From the IMG/VR virus record IMGVR_UViG_2690315746_000001, positions 21,703-85,702 of that record: 64,000 nucleotides of DNA; one strand, 5' to 3'. Positions 17,166-27,239 of the stretch are shown in pieces; positions within the stretch are counted from its first letter, which is position 1, and the number at the start of each line of letters is the position of its first letter. This stretch comes from a virus. Lineage: Duplodnaviria > Caudoviricetes. The notes under the pieces were generated by a model that did not search any database, was not told where the DNA came from, and saw only the letters and a program-made list of their open reading frames with translations. The position numbers and the translations under genes are program-made.

Positions 17166-18383
17166 TTAGCGGCGCTTGAAGGCGCCGTTGCCGGTCGACG
17201 GGGACGGAGCCGCCGAGCCGAGCGACAGGCCGCCGGAGAGCCGGGCGCCGAGCGCCTTGAGGCTGTCGAGCGCGCCGGCCACCTGGGTGGTCGCCTTGGC
17301 CTCGTCGGCCTCGAGCTGCGCGGTCGGCTGGCCGATCATCGCGAAGAGCGGCTGCAGCAGCTTGCCGGGCAGCGCCGTCGCGGCGGCGAGCTTGGTCGTG
17401 AGGTCGGCCACCTGGGCCTCGGCGTCGGTGAGCTTCTTCGCCTGGTCGGACCCCTTGAGGCCGGTCAGCTCGGTGCTCAGCTCGGCCACCCGGGCCTCGG
17501 CGGCGTCGGCGCGGGCCTTCTCGGTGTCACGGTCGCGCTCCGCGTTGGCGAGCTTGGTGGCACCCTCGGTGATGAGGCCGGCGAACTCCTTGGCGTCCAT
17601 GTCGAACGTGTCCTGCTTCTTGCCCGGCTCGGGCGTGGGGTCGGGCTTCGGCGGCGCCGAGCCGGTGGAAAGCTCCAGGGTGAGGTTCGGGACCTCGGTG
17701 CCGGAGGCGAGCTGCAGCTGCCGGCCCTTGATGCGGGCGCCCTGCGCGCCGCCCTGGCCGACGAGGCTCATCTCGAACCAGCTGTCGAGGTCGTCCACGA
17801 TGACGTGGACCCCGTTCTCCCCCATGCGGTTGCCCTTGTCGTCGAGGCCGAGCCATACGTTCTCGGCCGTGACGTCGGGGCCCATGAAGTCGAAGCCGGT
17901 CGCCGATGACTTCGCGCTCTTGCCGAGGATCGCGACGCTCACCTGGTCGACCGTGCCGGAATTGACCTTGGCGATCAGGTCCGGGTGGGCGTTGTCGATC
18001 CAGAACAGGGTCAGCAGCTCGGTGGCGCCGTCGACCCCGGTCCCTTCGGAGAGGTGGCCGTCGAACACCCGCCCGATGGGCAGCTGATCGCCGTCCGACG
18101 ACCCGTGCATGATCTGCAGGGGCCGGCTCTCCTTCTTCACCTCGGCCATCATCTGGGCGAGGAAGTTGGTCGTATGCACCGCGCCGTTGTAGATCGGGTG
18201 CTTCTTGCGGACCGGCGCCGTCGACAGAGCTGCCGCCACGAAGATCGAGATCTTCTCCGCATCGACGTCGGGCGCCACGGCCTTGAGCCGTGCCTTCAGT
18301 TCGTCGGTGAGGGGAAGCTGCTTCACTGCGAGTTGTCCGGTCTGACCTTGCTGCGAGATAGGAATGACGCCGTGTTGCTTCAA
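17166..18383 (-). CDS. Prohead protease-scaffold fusion
   Basis: MH...LPIGRVF, QVSVAI, FEMSLVGQGG protease-like N-term and coiled-coil C-term; likely start GTG near 18327. Confidence 0.75.
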   Translation of the reverse strand: MKQHGVIPISQQGQTGQLAVKQLPLTDELKARLKAVAPDVDAEKISIFVAAALSTAPVRKKHPIYNGAVHTTNFLAQMMAEVKKESRPLQIMHGSSDGDQLPIGRVFDGHLSEGTGVDGATELLTLFWIDNAHPDLIAKVNSGTVDQVSVAILGKSAKSSATGFDFMGPDVTAENVWLGLDDKGNRMGENGVHVIVDDLDSWFEMSLVGQGGAQGARIKGRQLQLASGTEVPNLTLELSTGSAPPKPDPTPEPGKKQDTFDMDAKEFAGLITEGATKLANAERDRDTEKARADAAEARVAELSTELTGLKGSDQAKKLTDAEAQVADLTTKLAAATALPGKLLQPLFAMIGQPTAQLEADEAKATTQVAGALDSLKALGARLSGGLSLGSAAPSPSTGNGAFKRR

Positions 18384-18411
18384 CGCGCCGTCAACTTCTT
18401 GTCCCTGACTT

Positions 18412-19977
18412 TCAGGGATTAGCGCGCCGCTGGTCGAGCATCGCGTGGGCCCGGCCGGACAGGTTCATGGCGGCGAGCCGCCGGGTCTGCTTCCGGTTCG
18501 TCGCGGTCGCGCGGGTGCGGTCCGGGCTCGCGGCGCGGCCGACGCTGTCCGTTTTCGGGGAGACGTCCTCGGGCTTCGCCTTGCCGTCCCCGCCGGCCGC
18601 CGCGGGCTCGACCGGAGTGAGGAAGCCGGTGCCCGAGAGCTTCGGGGCGCCGGGCGGCGGCAGGCGCTTGTAGACCTGGAGGTGGTACTCCACGTCGGTG
18701 ATGAGCCCGTCCGAGAGGTCCTGGCGCAGACGCTGCGACCGGAGGGTGAGCTGGGGCTCCAGCTCGGTCCAGGGGCGCAGCTCGGCCGGATCGAACTCGA
18801 CCCGGGCAAAGCCGGCGAAGCCCGACTGGTGCAGGATGAACGAGAACATCCGGGAGAGGAGGTCGGCCAGGGGCTCGTTGAGCTGGTCGGCGTAGAGCGC
18901 GGCGAGCCGCGCCTCGACCGAGCCCGTGTTCACGCCCGAGGAGCCGCGGCCGAGGATCGTGCTCATGGTCTTGAGCGCGGCCTGGTTCTGCGCGTTCAGC
19001 ACGTCGATGATCGGCGTGATGTTGAGCGCGGTCCCGGGCGCCTTGTCGTTGAGCATGCTGATCTCGACCGCGTCCGAGTGGACGAGGCTCTGATCGACCG
19101 CGATGTTGTCGAAGGCGGTCTGGATCTCGGCGAAGCGGGCGTTGATCCAGTCCTGGCGCGCCTGCTCCTGGCCCGGCTGCTTGAGGCTCGCCGGCATGTT
19201 CTTGAGGAGGATCTCCTCGAGCACCTTGATCTCGATACGCGGGTAGCCGGTCGCGCGCATGATCCGGTAGAGGTCGTTGATGACCTGCTGCCGGGCGGCA
19301 ATCGTATTGATCGCCGAGACGAAGGGGCTGTAGGTGTAGATCGCGGTCGGGTCGCGCCGGTAGAACGCCACCATGAAGGCCGGCGTGTCGATCGGCACCG
19401 GATCGGACTGGCCGGCCACGATCTGGCCCGGCTTGTACTCGCCCGGCTTCTTCTCGGTCCAGCGCAGCGACGCGACGTCCACGTTGCGCAGGTAGTCGGG
19501 CGTGCCGGCCTTGTCGAAGATCAGCTCGGCGCCGATGGCGCCGCGCATCAGCAGCATGTACCGCAGGTCCTGGCACTGCTGGTAGAAACCCTGCTTGAGC
19601 TGGAAGCCCATCGTGTAGTCGGTCTGGAACGAGAGCTTCGTCACCAGCTGCTGCAGCTCGCGGCTCTTCTCCTCGTCGACCTCGCCCTCGATCGTCTCGG
19701 CGTAGACGATCATCTGGGTGTCGGCGAGGGTGAGGTAGCCGTTCACGGTCCCGGACATGTCCGGGTCCTGCTGCATCATCGTGCGGATGATCGTCCGGCT
19801 GTCGTCGGCCAGGCGCGACTGGAAGATGTCGTCTTGGTGCTCCCGGTACTGGGGCACCGTCAGGACCTGGTCGGTCTGCTGGGGATTGAAGGTCGCCGTG
19901 TTCGACGTCCCGCCCGCCTTCGGCTTCTTCTTGAAGGGGACGATCGCCAGCAGCTTCGAGGTGATGTTGTCGGCCAC
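18412..19977 (-). CDS. Portal protein
   Basis: 521 aa directly downstream of terL. Confidence 0.85.
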   Translation of the reverse strand: MADNITSKLLAIVPFKKKPKAGGTSNTATFNPQQTDQVLTVPQYREHQDDIFQSRLADDSRTIIRTMMQQDPDMSGTVNGYLTLADTQMIVYAETIEGEVDEEKSRELQQLVTKLSFQTDYTMGFQLKQGFYQQCQDLRYMLLMRGAIGAELIFDKAGTPDYLRNVDVASLRWTEKKPGEYKPGQIVAGQSDPVPIDTPAFMVAFYRRDPTAIYTYSPFVSAINTIAARQQVINDLYRIMRATGYPRIEIKVLEEILLKNMPASLKQPGQEQARQDWINARFAEIQTAFDNIAVDQSLVHSDAVEISMLNDKAPGTALNITPIIDVLNAQNQAALKTMSTILGRGSSGVNTGSVEARLAALYADQLNEPLADLLSRMFSFILHQSGFAGFARVEFDPAELRPWTELEPQLTLRSQRLRQDLSDGLITDVEYHLQVYKRLPPPGAPKLSGTGFLTPVEPAAAGGDGKAKPEDVSPKTDSVGRAASPDRTRATATNRKQTRRLAAMNLSGRAHAMLDQRRANP

Positions 19978-21689
19978 TAGCGAAGAACTCCGGCAAGGTC
20001 AGCGCCTCGAAATATGGGACGCCCGACCGGCTGGAACAACCTAGTTCCGCCTCCAATAAATACAGTTGATCTTTGTTCGGCCGAATACTCGATACCTGCT
20101 TTCAAACGAACGGCACTCTGCTGGAGCGCTGCGGCGTGCAGGAAGTGGTCGTCGCCGTTGATCTTGTTCCAGACCGGGGGCTCGTCCGGCGCCTCGATGC
20201 GGATCATGTCGCGGAAGTGGGTCTTCACCAGGGAGGCGAAGGGGCCGTAGCCGGCGATCTGCCAGCTCCGGTTCCGGCACTGCTTGGCGACGAGGTCGAG
20301 GGCCTGGGTCCGGTTGATGGTGTAGTGGGTGATGACCTCGAACTCGTTCACCGCCTCCTTGATCGCGGGAGCGGTCTTCGAGGTCGAGTAGGCCATCGGC
20401 ATGACGATGCCGTTCGTGGCGTCGCGGATCGCCTCGGCGGTCGGGGTGTAGGGGTACATGTCGATCGCCCCCTGCACGATGCCGAGGCTCTCGACCCGGC
20501 CCTTGATGAACTCCACGATCTCGGCCTGCGGGACCTGGTGGAATTCGAGCAGCGCGTTGGGCTTGCCGATGATGACGTGGCAGGTCTGGCCGACGTCGCA
20601 GCCGAGGAACAGGTCGTTCATCTGCAGCTCGCCCGGCTCGACCCGGCGCGGGTCCATGATCGCGACCAGATCCTCCTCCGAGATCCGGGCGTTGCTGTCG
20701 TTGAAGGCCTCCCCGATGACGGTGTTGTGCCACCCCTTCATGTTGTCCTTGCGCTGGTACTCCAGCAGCATGCGGAAGATGTAGGGGATGGTGATCGTCG
20801 CGATCGAGAACGGCCGGACCCGGTAACCGCGGGCGCGCCGGCTCGGGTATTCGGCGATCCACTCGCGATGGCCGCCGGCCAGGTCGAGCGGGCGCGAGCA
20901 CTTCTCGCAGCGCACGTAGACCCCGTCCATGTCGATGGCGTCGACCTCCTCCTGGCCGAGCTTCGACAGGTCCTCGTGATCGCCCCTCAGCCCGGGCAGG
21001 CACATGAAGCGGGGGTGGAAGATCGGGACCTGGCGGTGCCCGCAGCCGCAGCGGATGAACCACTCGTGCTTGTCGGAGGCCTGGTAGGCCGCGTCGATGC
21101 CGTAGCCGAGGTAGGTGGGCGTCGAGAAGCGCTGCGTGATCTTCCAGATCGAGCCCTGGAGGCGCGACTGGAAGAGCGAGCGCATGCTCTGGTCGGCGAG
21201 ATCGACCTCGTCCTCGAACAGGATGTCGGCCGAGATCGAGGTCGCCTCGCCCTCGGTGGTGCCGGTGATGTAGCCGTAGCTCTCGTCGACCTGGTAGAGG
21301 CCCTTGTGCCGGACCGGCTTTGCCACGAGCGGGCCGTTGAAGATGGCCTCACCCTCGATCATGGTCTTGATGCGGGTCTGGGACAGACGATCGCGCATCG
21401 GCAGCGTCGGCATCGAGAAGATGCCGGCCGTGCCGACGTTCCTCTTCAAGAAGCCGAAGAATTTGCGCATCTGAACTTCGGTCAGACCGATCTGCGACAG
21501 CTTCATGCACGTCAGATCGGGGTGCATGTCGTCGACGATCTGGCGCTGGAACTCGAACCCCTTGAAGGAGAAGGGCCGCTGCCGGAGCTTGGTGTTGCGG
21601 ATGATCCACTCCGACATCGCCATCAACGTGCTGTCGTCCGGGAAGCGCTCGTCGAGCCCCGCGAGGAAGTCGGTCAGGTGCGGGTTCAT
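19977..21689 (-). CDS. terL: Terminase large subunit (GpA-like)
   Basis: KLSQIGLTE Walker A, ILFEDEVD Walker B, FSTPT, CGCGH/CEKC Zn motif, GCDVG and DDHFLHA nuclease motifs. Confidence 0.93.
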   Translation of the reverse strand: MNPHLTDFLAGLDERFPDDSTLMAMSEWIIRNTKLRQRPFSFKGFEFQRQIVDDMHPDLTCMKLSQIGLTEVQMRKFFGFLKRNVGTAGIFSMPTLPMRDRLSQTRIKTMIEGEAIFNGPLVAKPVRHKGLYQVDESYGYITGTTEGEATSISADILFEDEVDLADQSMRSLFQSRLQGSIWKITQRFSTPTYLGYGIDAAYQASDKHEWFIRCGCGHRQVPIFHPRFMCLPGLRGDHEDLSKLGQEEVDAIDMDGVYVRCEKCSRPLDLAGGHREWIAEYPSRRARGYRVRPFSIATITIPYIFRMLLEYQRKDNMKGWHNTVIGEAFNDSNARISEEDLVAIMDPRRVEPGELQMNDLFLGCDVGQTCHVIIGKPNALLEFHQVPQAEIVEFIKGRVESLGIVQGAIDMYPYTPTAEAIRDATNGIVMPMAYSTSKTAPAIKEAVNEFEVITHYTINRTQALDLVAKQCRNRSWQIAGYGPFASLVKTHFRDMIRIEAPDEPPVWNKINGDDHFLHAAALQQSAVRLKAGIEYSAEQRSTVFIGGGTRLFQPVGRPIFRGADLAGVLR

Positions 21690-21699
21690 GGCGTCTGTC

Positions 21700-21960
21700 C
21701 CACTACGTGGCGGGCCCGGCGCCCGGGCGCGGACATCCCGGGGATGTCCGGTCCCTGCTCACGCATGTACGTTTCGTACATGCTGATTTCGGCAGCATAA
21801 TCAGGCATTTAGGTCCGCCAGTATTCGTCAGTCTTCCGGTATGTGGGGTCTCGGAGGGGTCCAGAAAAGCGGGATCAACTTCCGTACATCCCCGGGATGT
21901 ACGGCTTTCACCCGTCTGGAAAGTGAGGTAAGCCCCCACTATGTACGGAGACCGCAGCCT
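21700..21960. promoter_or_regulatory. Divergent control region between virion and replication operons
   Basis: Palindromes CGGACATCCC-G-GGGATGTCCG (21730-50), motif A (21766-80), CCGTACATCCC-C-GGGATGTACGG (21882-904). Confidence 0.65.
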
Positions 21961-21973
21961 TCCGAGCACGAAA

Positions 21974-22477
21974 ATGAGAGATCGTACCTACCCTGCTCTT
22001 CCGCAATCCCTTGGCCTCATGCTCGAGGCCGTCCGGCAGCAGCTGGAGAGCGATCCGGGCTACCTCGTCGACCCCGCGTGCCCCTACCCGGAGCAGCTGC
22101 GCGACCTCCTGCGGCGCCTGGTCACCCGGCCGGAGCCCGGCGAGCCGGGTATGGAGGACCTGATCTTCCGCGCCGGGCAGACGGAAGGCGAGCAGGCTGA
22201 TAGCCTGATCGAGGAGGTGCAGAACGCCATCAACTCCATGAAGCGGCTGCAGCGGGACATTGACGCGAGCGATGATGTCGGCGACCGCCTCGCATTCCTC
22301 AAGAATTACGGCGCCCTGATGGATCGCTTCCTCAGTCTCAAGGAGAAAGCCAACGGCATCAAGCAGATGTATGACTTCCAGCGACTTGTGATCGGGGTAA
22401 TGGAGCAGGTTCTGGACAAGGACGGGCGTCTCGATTTCAAAGAACGGCTGAAAGCCGCGAATATCGCAGTCGATTAA
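21974..22477 (+). CDS. Hypothetical helical protein (terminase small subunit candidate)
   Basis: 167 aa coiled-coil-rich ORF adjacent and divergent to terL; function by position only. Confidence 0.6.
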   Translation: MRDRTYPALPQSLGLMLEAVRQQLESDPGYLVDPACPYPEQLRDLLRRLVTRPEPGEPGMEDLIFRAGQTEGEQADSLIEEVQNAINSMKRLQRDIDASDDVGDRLAFLKNYGALMDRFLSLKEKANGIKQMYDFQRLVIGVMEQVLDKDGRLDFKERLKAANIAVD

Positions 22478-22508
22478 TTTTGCCCTCCTCACGGTGTACG
22501 AAACGTAC

Positions 22509-22598
22509 ATGTCCCACCAGCTCCGACAGCTCATCTGGCTGACGATGGCCTTCCTGACGGCCTCCCTCATCCAGGACGTGATCAAGCTCGCATTCTAG
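22509..22598 (+). CDS. 29-aa hydrophobic peptide
   Basis: MSHQLRQLIWLTMAFLTASLIQDVIKLAF; ATG overlaps last base of motif A 22495-22509. Confidence 0.4.
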   Translation: MSHQLRQLIWLTMAFLTASLIQDVIKLAF

Positions 22599-22618
22599 AA
22601 GACCAAGGGGTGTACTAA

Positions 22619-25129
22619 GTGTCCGACACTACGTCCGAAACAATCTTCGCTGACCACTGCGACCGATACTGGGAGGCCGGCCTCCCAGTCATGCCGCTGC
22701 AGCCGAAGGACAAGAAGCCGGTCGTGCTGCAGTGGCAGCAGCTGCAGTCGCGCATGCCGAACGAGGCGGAGCGGATGTCCTGGCGGGTGTTCCACCGCCA
22801 CGGCAACATCGGCCTGCCGCTCGGGCCCCAGTCCGGGCTCGTCGCGATCGACATCGACACGGATGACCCGAAGATCCTGGGCATCCTCGACCGCATCCTC
22901 CCGCCCTCGCCGTGGAAGCGCATCGGCCAGAAGGGCAAGGTGCTGGTCTACCGCTACGACGGCCAGCCGATCGTCCGCATCAAGTACCGCGACGGGGAGG
23001 GCAAGATGCAGTCCCTCGTCGAGATGCTCGGCGCGGGCTCGCAGATCGTGCTGCCGCCCTCGATCCACCCGAAGACCGGCAAGCCCTACTACGCCAACTG
23101 CGAGCTGCTCGACGTCGTCGACCGGGTGCATCCGCTGCCCCCGAACATCGACCAGATGTTGCGGGACGCGCTCACGCAGGCCGGCTACCAGCTCGGCTCG
23201 AACAACTTCGGCGCCGTCACCGACTACGTCTCGACCGGCAACCGCGACAACACCGTGGTGTCGATGGCCGGCCTGTTCGCCCGCGACGTGCTGCGCGGCG
23301 AGAAGACCCTGCTCGAGGCCTGCCAGCAGATCGAGGTCGCGATCGGCCAGTTCATGGCCAAGACCTACGGCGACAACATCGACCCGGCGAAGGGCCCCCA
23401 GAAGCTCATCGAGTTCCTGATCCGCGATGTGACGGGCCCGAAGGCCCGCGCGCTGCCGAAGGGCTGGGACGAGGGCATCTCCGCCGAGCAGCGCGAGGCC
23501 TGGGGCCTCGAGGCGTTCTCGTCCGACAACGAGACCTGGGACGCCAAGCAGATCCGGGAATACTTCAACGCCCACATCGAGAAGGCCGGCGTCAAGGACA
23601 GCCCCGACGCCTTCACCGGCGTGGTGAAGCAGGCGCTCCAGAAGATCGCCTCGAACCCGAACCTCGAGCCGATCGAGGAGGACCAGCTCCTCAACTACAT
23701 GGCGTCGGTCTCGGGCAAGAAGATGACCGTGGCGTCGGTGCGCCGCCAGCTCGTGCAGCTGCGCGCCGGCCCGATCGCCGGCGCCAACCACGCGGAGATC
23801 GCCGAGGCCGCGGCCCGGGACCTCGTCGAGCTGGGCGGCGAGATCCGCTACCACCAGGAGGCCCTGTGGCAGTGGCGCGGCTCGTCCTGGGTCCGCATGG
23901 ACGAGGGCGACGTCCTCAAGCACATCATCGAGGAGTACGGGGCCTACAAGGCCGCGACCCGGGCGAGCGATCACCAGGGCATCCTGAAGACGATCCGCGG
24001 GCTGAAGAAGGCCCCGCTGCAGCAGCGCGCCCAGGCCGGCATCAACTTCGTCAACGGGTTCCTGACCGAGGACCTCGAGCTGCTCGACCACCATCCCGAT
24101 TTCGGGATGACCTACACCCTGCCCTACCCCTACAAGCCCGAGCTGGCCGGCAAATGCGTGCGCTGGCAGCGCATGCTGCTCGACTACTGGGGCGACGACC
24201 CGGATTACGGCGAGAAGGTCGCGGCGCTCGGCCAGGTGATGGCGCTCACGCTGTTCGGCAAGATGACCGAGGCCCAGACGGCGGTGTGCCTCTACGGGGT
24301 CGGCCACTCGGGCAAGAGCCGGGTGATGGAGATCGTCCAGGCCCTGATGCCGGCCGAGGCCTCCACCTCGCTCCCGCCGACCATGTGGGGCGACAAGTTC
24401 GGGCCGGCGCAGCTCGTCGGCAAGCTCCTGAACTTCGCGGGCGAGCTGTCCGAGCATCAGCTCATCGACAGCGCGAAGTTCAAGCAGATCATCGCGGGCG
24501 AGGTGATCGACGCGCAGGAGAAGAACAAGCCGCTCTTCACGTTCCGGCCCAAGGCCGCGCACTGGTTCGCGAGCAACCACACCCCGAAGACCCGGGACAG
24601 CTCGGACGGCTTCACGCGCCGCTGGCTCTTCCTCTGCTTCACGAAGGCGTTCCCGAAGGACGAGCGCCGGGTCCACGAGTACCACAAGATCGTCATCTCG
24701 GAGGAGCGCGAGGCCATCGCCGCCTGGGCGGTGCATCACATGGTGCAGCTGCGCAGCCAGAACTTCAGCATCACCGAGCCGGTCTCGTCGATCGAGACCA
24801 AGGAGATGCTCGAGAACGAGCTGAACACCGTCCGGGATTTTTTGGTGGCCTTCAGGGATCGGGGCTGGCTGAACCTGGGGGTCGAGGCGCATGCGAACCA
24901 GTCCGACCAAGACAACTACACCACTTTCACCATCCTCTGGACCGAGTACAAGAATTTCTGTCTCGGTCAGAGTGCCTCGCCTGTTGGATCGAAGGTGCTC
25001 GCAAAGCGTATGCAGCACCTCCAGGGGCAGTTCGGGTTCAAGGTGGACAAGATTTCTGGACCTGCGGGCCATCCGATCCAGGTTTTCAGGTACATCACAC
25101 TTGCAGCGAGCAGAAGGGCTGCTGCGTAA
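22619..25129 (+). CDS. Prim-Pol primase / D5-type SF3 helicase
   Basis: NIGLPLGPQSGLVAIDIDT (Prim-Pol), GNRDNT (PriCT), LYGVGHSGKS Walker A, FKQIIAGE, ASNHTP, FTRRW. Confidence 0.93.
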   Translation: MSDTTSETIFADHCDRYWEAGLPVMPLQPKDKKPVVLQWQQLQSRMPNEAERMSWRVFHRHGNIGLPLGPQSGLVAIDIDTDDPKILGILDRILPPSPWKRIGQKGKVLVYRYDGQPIVRIKYRDGEGKMQSLVEMLGAGSQIVLPPSIHPKTGKPYYANCELLDVVDRVHPLPPNIDQMLRDALTQAGYQLGSNNFGAVTDYVSTGNRDNTVVSMAGLFARDVLRGEKTLLEACQQIEVAIGQFMAKTYGDNIDPAKGPQKLIEFLIRDVTGPKARALPKGWDEGISAEQREAWGLEAFSSDNETWDAKQIREYFNAHIEKAGVKDSPDAFTGVVKQALQKIASNPNLEPIEEDQLLNYMASVSGKKMTVASVRRQLVQLRAGPIAGANHAEIAEAAARDLVELGGEIRYHQEALWQWRGSSWVRMDEGDVLKHIIEEYGAYKAATRASDHQGILKTIRGLKKAPLQQRAQAGINFVNGFLTEDLELLDHHPDFGMTYTLPYPYKPELAGKCVRWQRMLLDYWGDDPDYGEKVAALGQVMALTLFGKMTEAQTAVCLYGVGHSGKSRVMEIVQALMPAEASTSLPPTMWGDKFGPAQLVGKLLNFAGELSEHQLIDSAKFKQIIAGEVIDAQEKNKPLFTFRPKAAHWFASNHTPKTRDSSDGFTRRWLFLCFTKAFPKDERRVHEYHKIVISEEREAIAAWAVHHMVQLRSQNFSITEPVSSIETKEMLENELNTVRDFLVAFRDRGWLNLGVEAHANQSDQDNYTTFTILWTEYKNFCLGQSASPVGSKVLAKRMQHLQGQFGFKVDKISGPAGHPIQVFRYITLAASRRAAA

Positions 25130-25202
25130 CTATCCCTAAACACATCTGGGAGCGGATCTACGCTACCCGACAACTGGCGCGCTGGAAGAGGAAAACGGGC
25201 TG

Positions 25203-25493
25203 ATGCTTACCGAAAGAGACCTGTACGGTTCGGACAACCCAACGATGCTGCTCTCGAGCCGATGCCGGACGCTGCCGGTGCCGGGCGCGACGATGACCTG
25301 CACGGTCGCCGAGCCGGCGGAGCCGGTCACCCTCGAGACGGTGGCCGCCGCGCTCGACGCGCTGACCGAGCAGCTGCCCCCGAACCCCCCTCCCCTCTTC
25401 GACCCGGACCGGGTGCTGATCTACGTGCCGCCCGGCGAGGACGCGGCCGAGGCCGCGCGGCGCTACCTGCGCTGGACCTGGGGCGCCCGCTGA
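25203..25493 (+). CDS. Hypothetical protein
   Basis: ORF track 96 aa; start uncertain. Confidence 0.45.
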   Translation: MLTERDLYGSDNPTMLLSSRCRTLPVPGATMTCTVAEPAEPVTLETVAAALDALTEQLPPNPPPLFDPDRVLIYVPPGEDAAEAARRYLRWTWGAR

Positions 25494-25726
25494 TGCCCGT
25501 CTTCGAGATCCAGGCCCGCCTGTCGCGCCGCTCCCTCCGCAACCGCTCCCGGCGCCGCCTGGTCGAGCTGAGCGACATGCTCCACTACGAGGAGGGGCTG
25601 CTGCGCCAGGGCCTCCACGCCCGATCGGTGAAGGACCAGCCGAAGGACCAGCTGATCGACCGCGTCATGGACCAGCTCGAGCGGAACGCCCGGCTGCGCG
25701 ACCGCCTGGAGGCCGCCCGTGGGTGA
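25493..25726 (+). CDS. Hypothetical protein
   Basis: TGATG coupling; MPVFEIQARLSRRSL... Confidence 0.55.
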   Translation: MPVFEIQARLSRRSLRNRSRRRLVELSDMLHYEEGLLRQGLHARSVKDQPKDQLIDRVMDQLERNARLRDRLEAARG

Positions 25727-26174
25727 GCACCAGATCCCTCCCCGCTTCGATCACGGCGCCGCCTACGCGCAAGGCGTGCGCTCCCTGGCCACCTGGCGCC
25801 AGATCCAGGAGATCGCCGCCCGGTGCCTTGCGGCTCACATGCGCGGCGAGCGCGTTGTCCTGACGGCCAACGGCCAAGTGCTGGCCGAGATCGACCCTCC
25901 GCAGGTCGACGGATTGATGCAACATGGAAGCAATACCAAATCAATATTGAAAAAGGATGGAGACGAGATGGAAAAGCGCATGGACGACTTCGGCAGCCGG
26001 CTGCTCGGCGCCTCGGTCGGCGATGTCGACCGCCGGCAGGGAGGCATCCTCGAGACCCGGGCCCGGGTGACCGACGAGATGGTGCAGCGGGCGCTCCGCG
26101 AAGGCGAGCGGTGGGGCAACCCCTTGGGCGGGGCCGCCATCCGCGCCATGTTAGAGGCGGCTCTTCGCGGCTGA
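25719..26174 (+). CDS. Hypothetical protein (contains motif C site)
   Basis: 151 aa coupled ORF; AT-rich internal patch 25910-25960, possible second start near 25968. Confidence 0.5.
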   Translation: MGEHQIPPRFDHGAAYAQGVRSLATWRQIQEIAARCLAAHMRGERVVLTANGQVLAEIDPPQVDGLMQHGSNTKSILKKDGDEMEKRMDDFGSRLLGASVGDVDRRQGGILETRARVTDEMVQRALREGERWGNPLGGAAIRAMLEAALRG

Positions 26175-26208
26175 CGCGGATTGTACGAAACGGACAGGAC
26201 ACGGACCC

Positions 26209-26526
26209 ATGGCACGACACGCACACGAGCTGGCCGCGGCCGGCGAGCCCCGCTGGGAGGCGCGGCTGGACAAGGACCTGGTGATGGTCAAGGACCTCGC
26301 CTCCGGCGAGGAGGTCCAGGCGACCGCCTACACCACGGACGGCGACACGCTGAGCTTCGCGCTCCCCGGTGAGGGCCTGCGCCACCTCCGGCTCGGCGAG
26401 CCCGGCTACGACGCCTTCCGCGCGGTGCTCGACAAGAGCGCGCTCAAGGCCGAGAGCGAGGCTCCGGCGGTGAAGCCGGCCCCGAAGGGCTCCTCGAAGC
26501 CGGCGACCGAGAAGCCGGCGGCCTGA
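26209..26526 (+). CDS. Hypothetical protein
   Basis: 105 aa, good codon bias, preceded by motif A, followed by terminator. Confidence 0.7.
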   Translation: MARHAHELAAAGEPRWEARLDKDLVMVKDLASGEEVQATAYTTDGDTLSFALPGEGLRHLRLGEPGYDAFRAVLDKSALKAESEAPAVKPAPKGSSKPATEKPAA

Positions 26527-26549
26527 TCGGGCCGAAAATCGAGACGGAG

Positions 26550-26573
26550 AAGGGCCCTGCGGGGCCCTTTTTC
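26550..26573 (+). terminator. Intrinsic terminator
   Basis: AAGGGCCC-tgcg-GGGCCCTT-TTT. Confidence 0.8.
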
Positions 26574-26761
26574 ATATTGAAATCACGTTGTTTCGGAGTG
26601 GAAACGATGTGATTTCGAGGTGGAAACCACCTCGAATGAGCCATTTTAGCCCAAAATCAGCCGTTCTGGCACGAAAAAGCCCTCCGAGCCGGGGGTGCGA
26701 CGGCTCGGAGGGCTCAGGGAGATCGTGTTGGACCGATACTACTCCCAGTAGGTGGGGTCGG

Positions 26762-27022
26762 TCAGACCGGCGTGCAATGGGCCGGGCGGCACGAGCGCTT
26801 GATCGGCTTCAGGCCCTCGCCGCGGGCCTCCTCGGTGTCGATGAAGATCGAGTGGCCCTTCGAGCCGGCGACGCCGCCGTAGCGGACCCCGACCACCTTC
26901 GCCTTCACGGGCCCGGCGGCGCGCGGGTTGTCGATGGTGACCTCGCGGCCCTCGGGGAAGCGGGCCTTCAGGTCCTCGAAGTTCAGCGGGCGGGGGCGGG
27001 GATTGGTGCTGGCGGCGGGCAA
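26762..27022 (-). CDS. Hypothetical protein
   Basis: TTG start with GGAG SD; LNFEDLKARFPEGREVTIDNP..., good codon bias. Confidence 0.55.
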   Translation of the reverse strand: MPAASTNPRPRPLNFEDLKARFPEGREVTIDNPRAAGPVKAKVVGVRYGGVAGSKGHSIFIDTEEARGEGLKPIKRSCRPAHCTPV

Positions 27023-27174
27023 GGGTCGTCTCCGGGGACGAGGGGAGGGGAGGGAAACTACTAGCAGTTTGCCCCCTGAAGATGGTACGGATCGTACAGC
27101 ATGCAAGAGCCTCGGACGCGAAAGTTCCCCTTGACTTCCGTGCGCAGTTCCCGGCAACTTCCGTCCGAGATCCA

Positions 27175-27205
27175 CGTTGTATCAATATTGAAACGACGTT
27201 GTAAC
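27175..27205. promoter_or_regulatory. Motif C palindrome upstream of parA (candidate parS/operator)
   Basis: CGTTGTA-TCAATATTGA-AACGACG plus extra half-site GTTGTAAC 11 bp along. Confidence 0.6.
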
Positions 27206-27239
27206 AACCCCGACACCAGATGGACGAGGGCAGGGTGCG

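Noticed and set aside
27181-27192. Motif C as an FNR/FixK box
   Set aside because: Half-sites are in the opposite order (ATCAA-TA-TTGA) to TTGAT-N4-ATCAA
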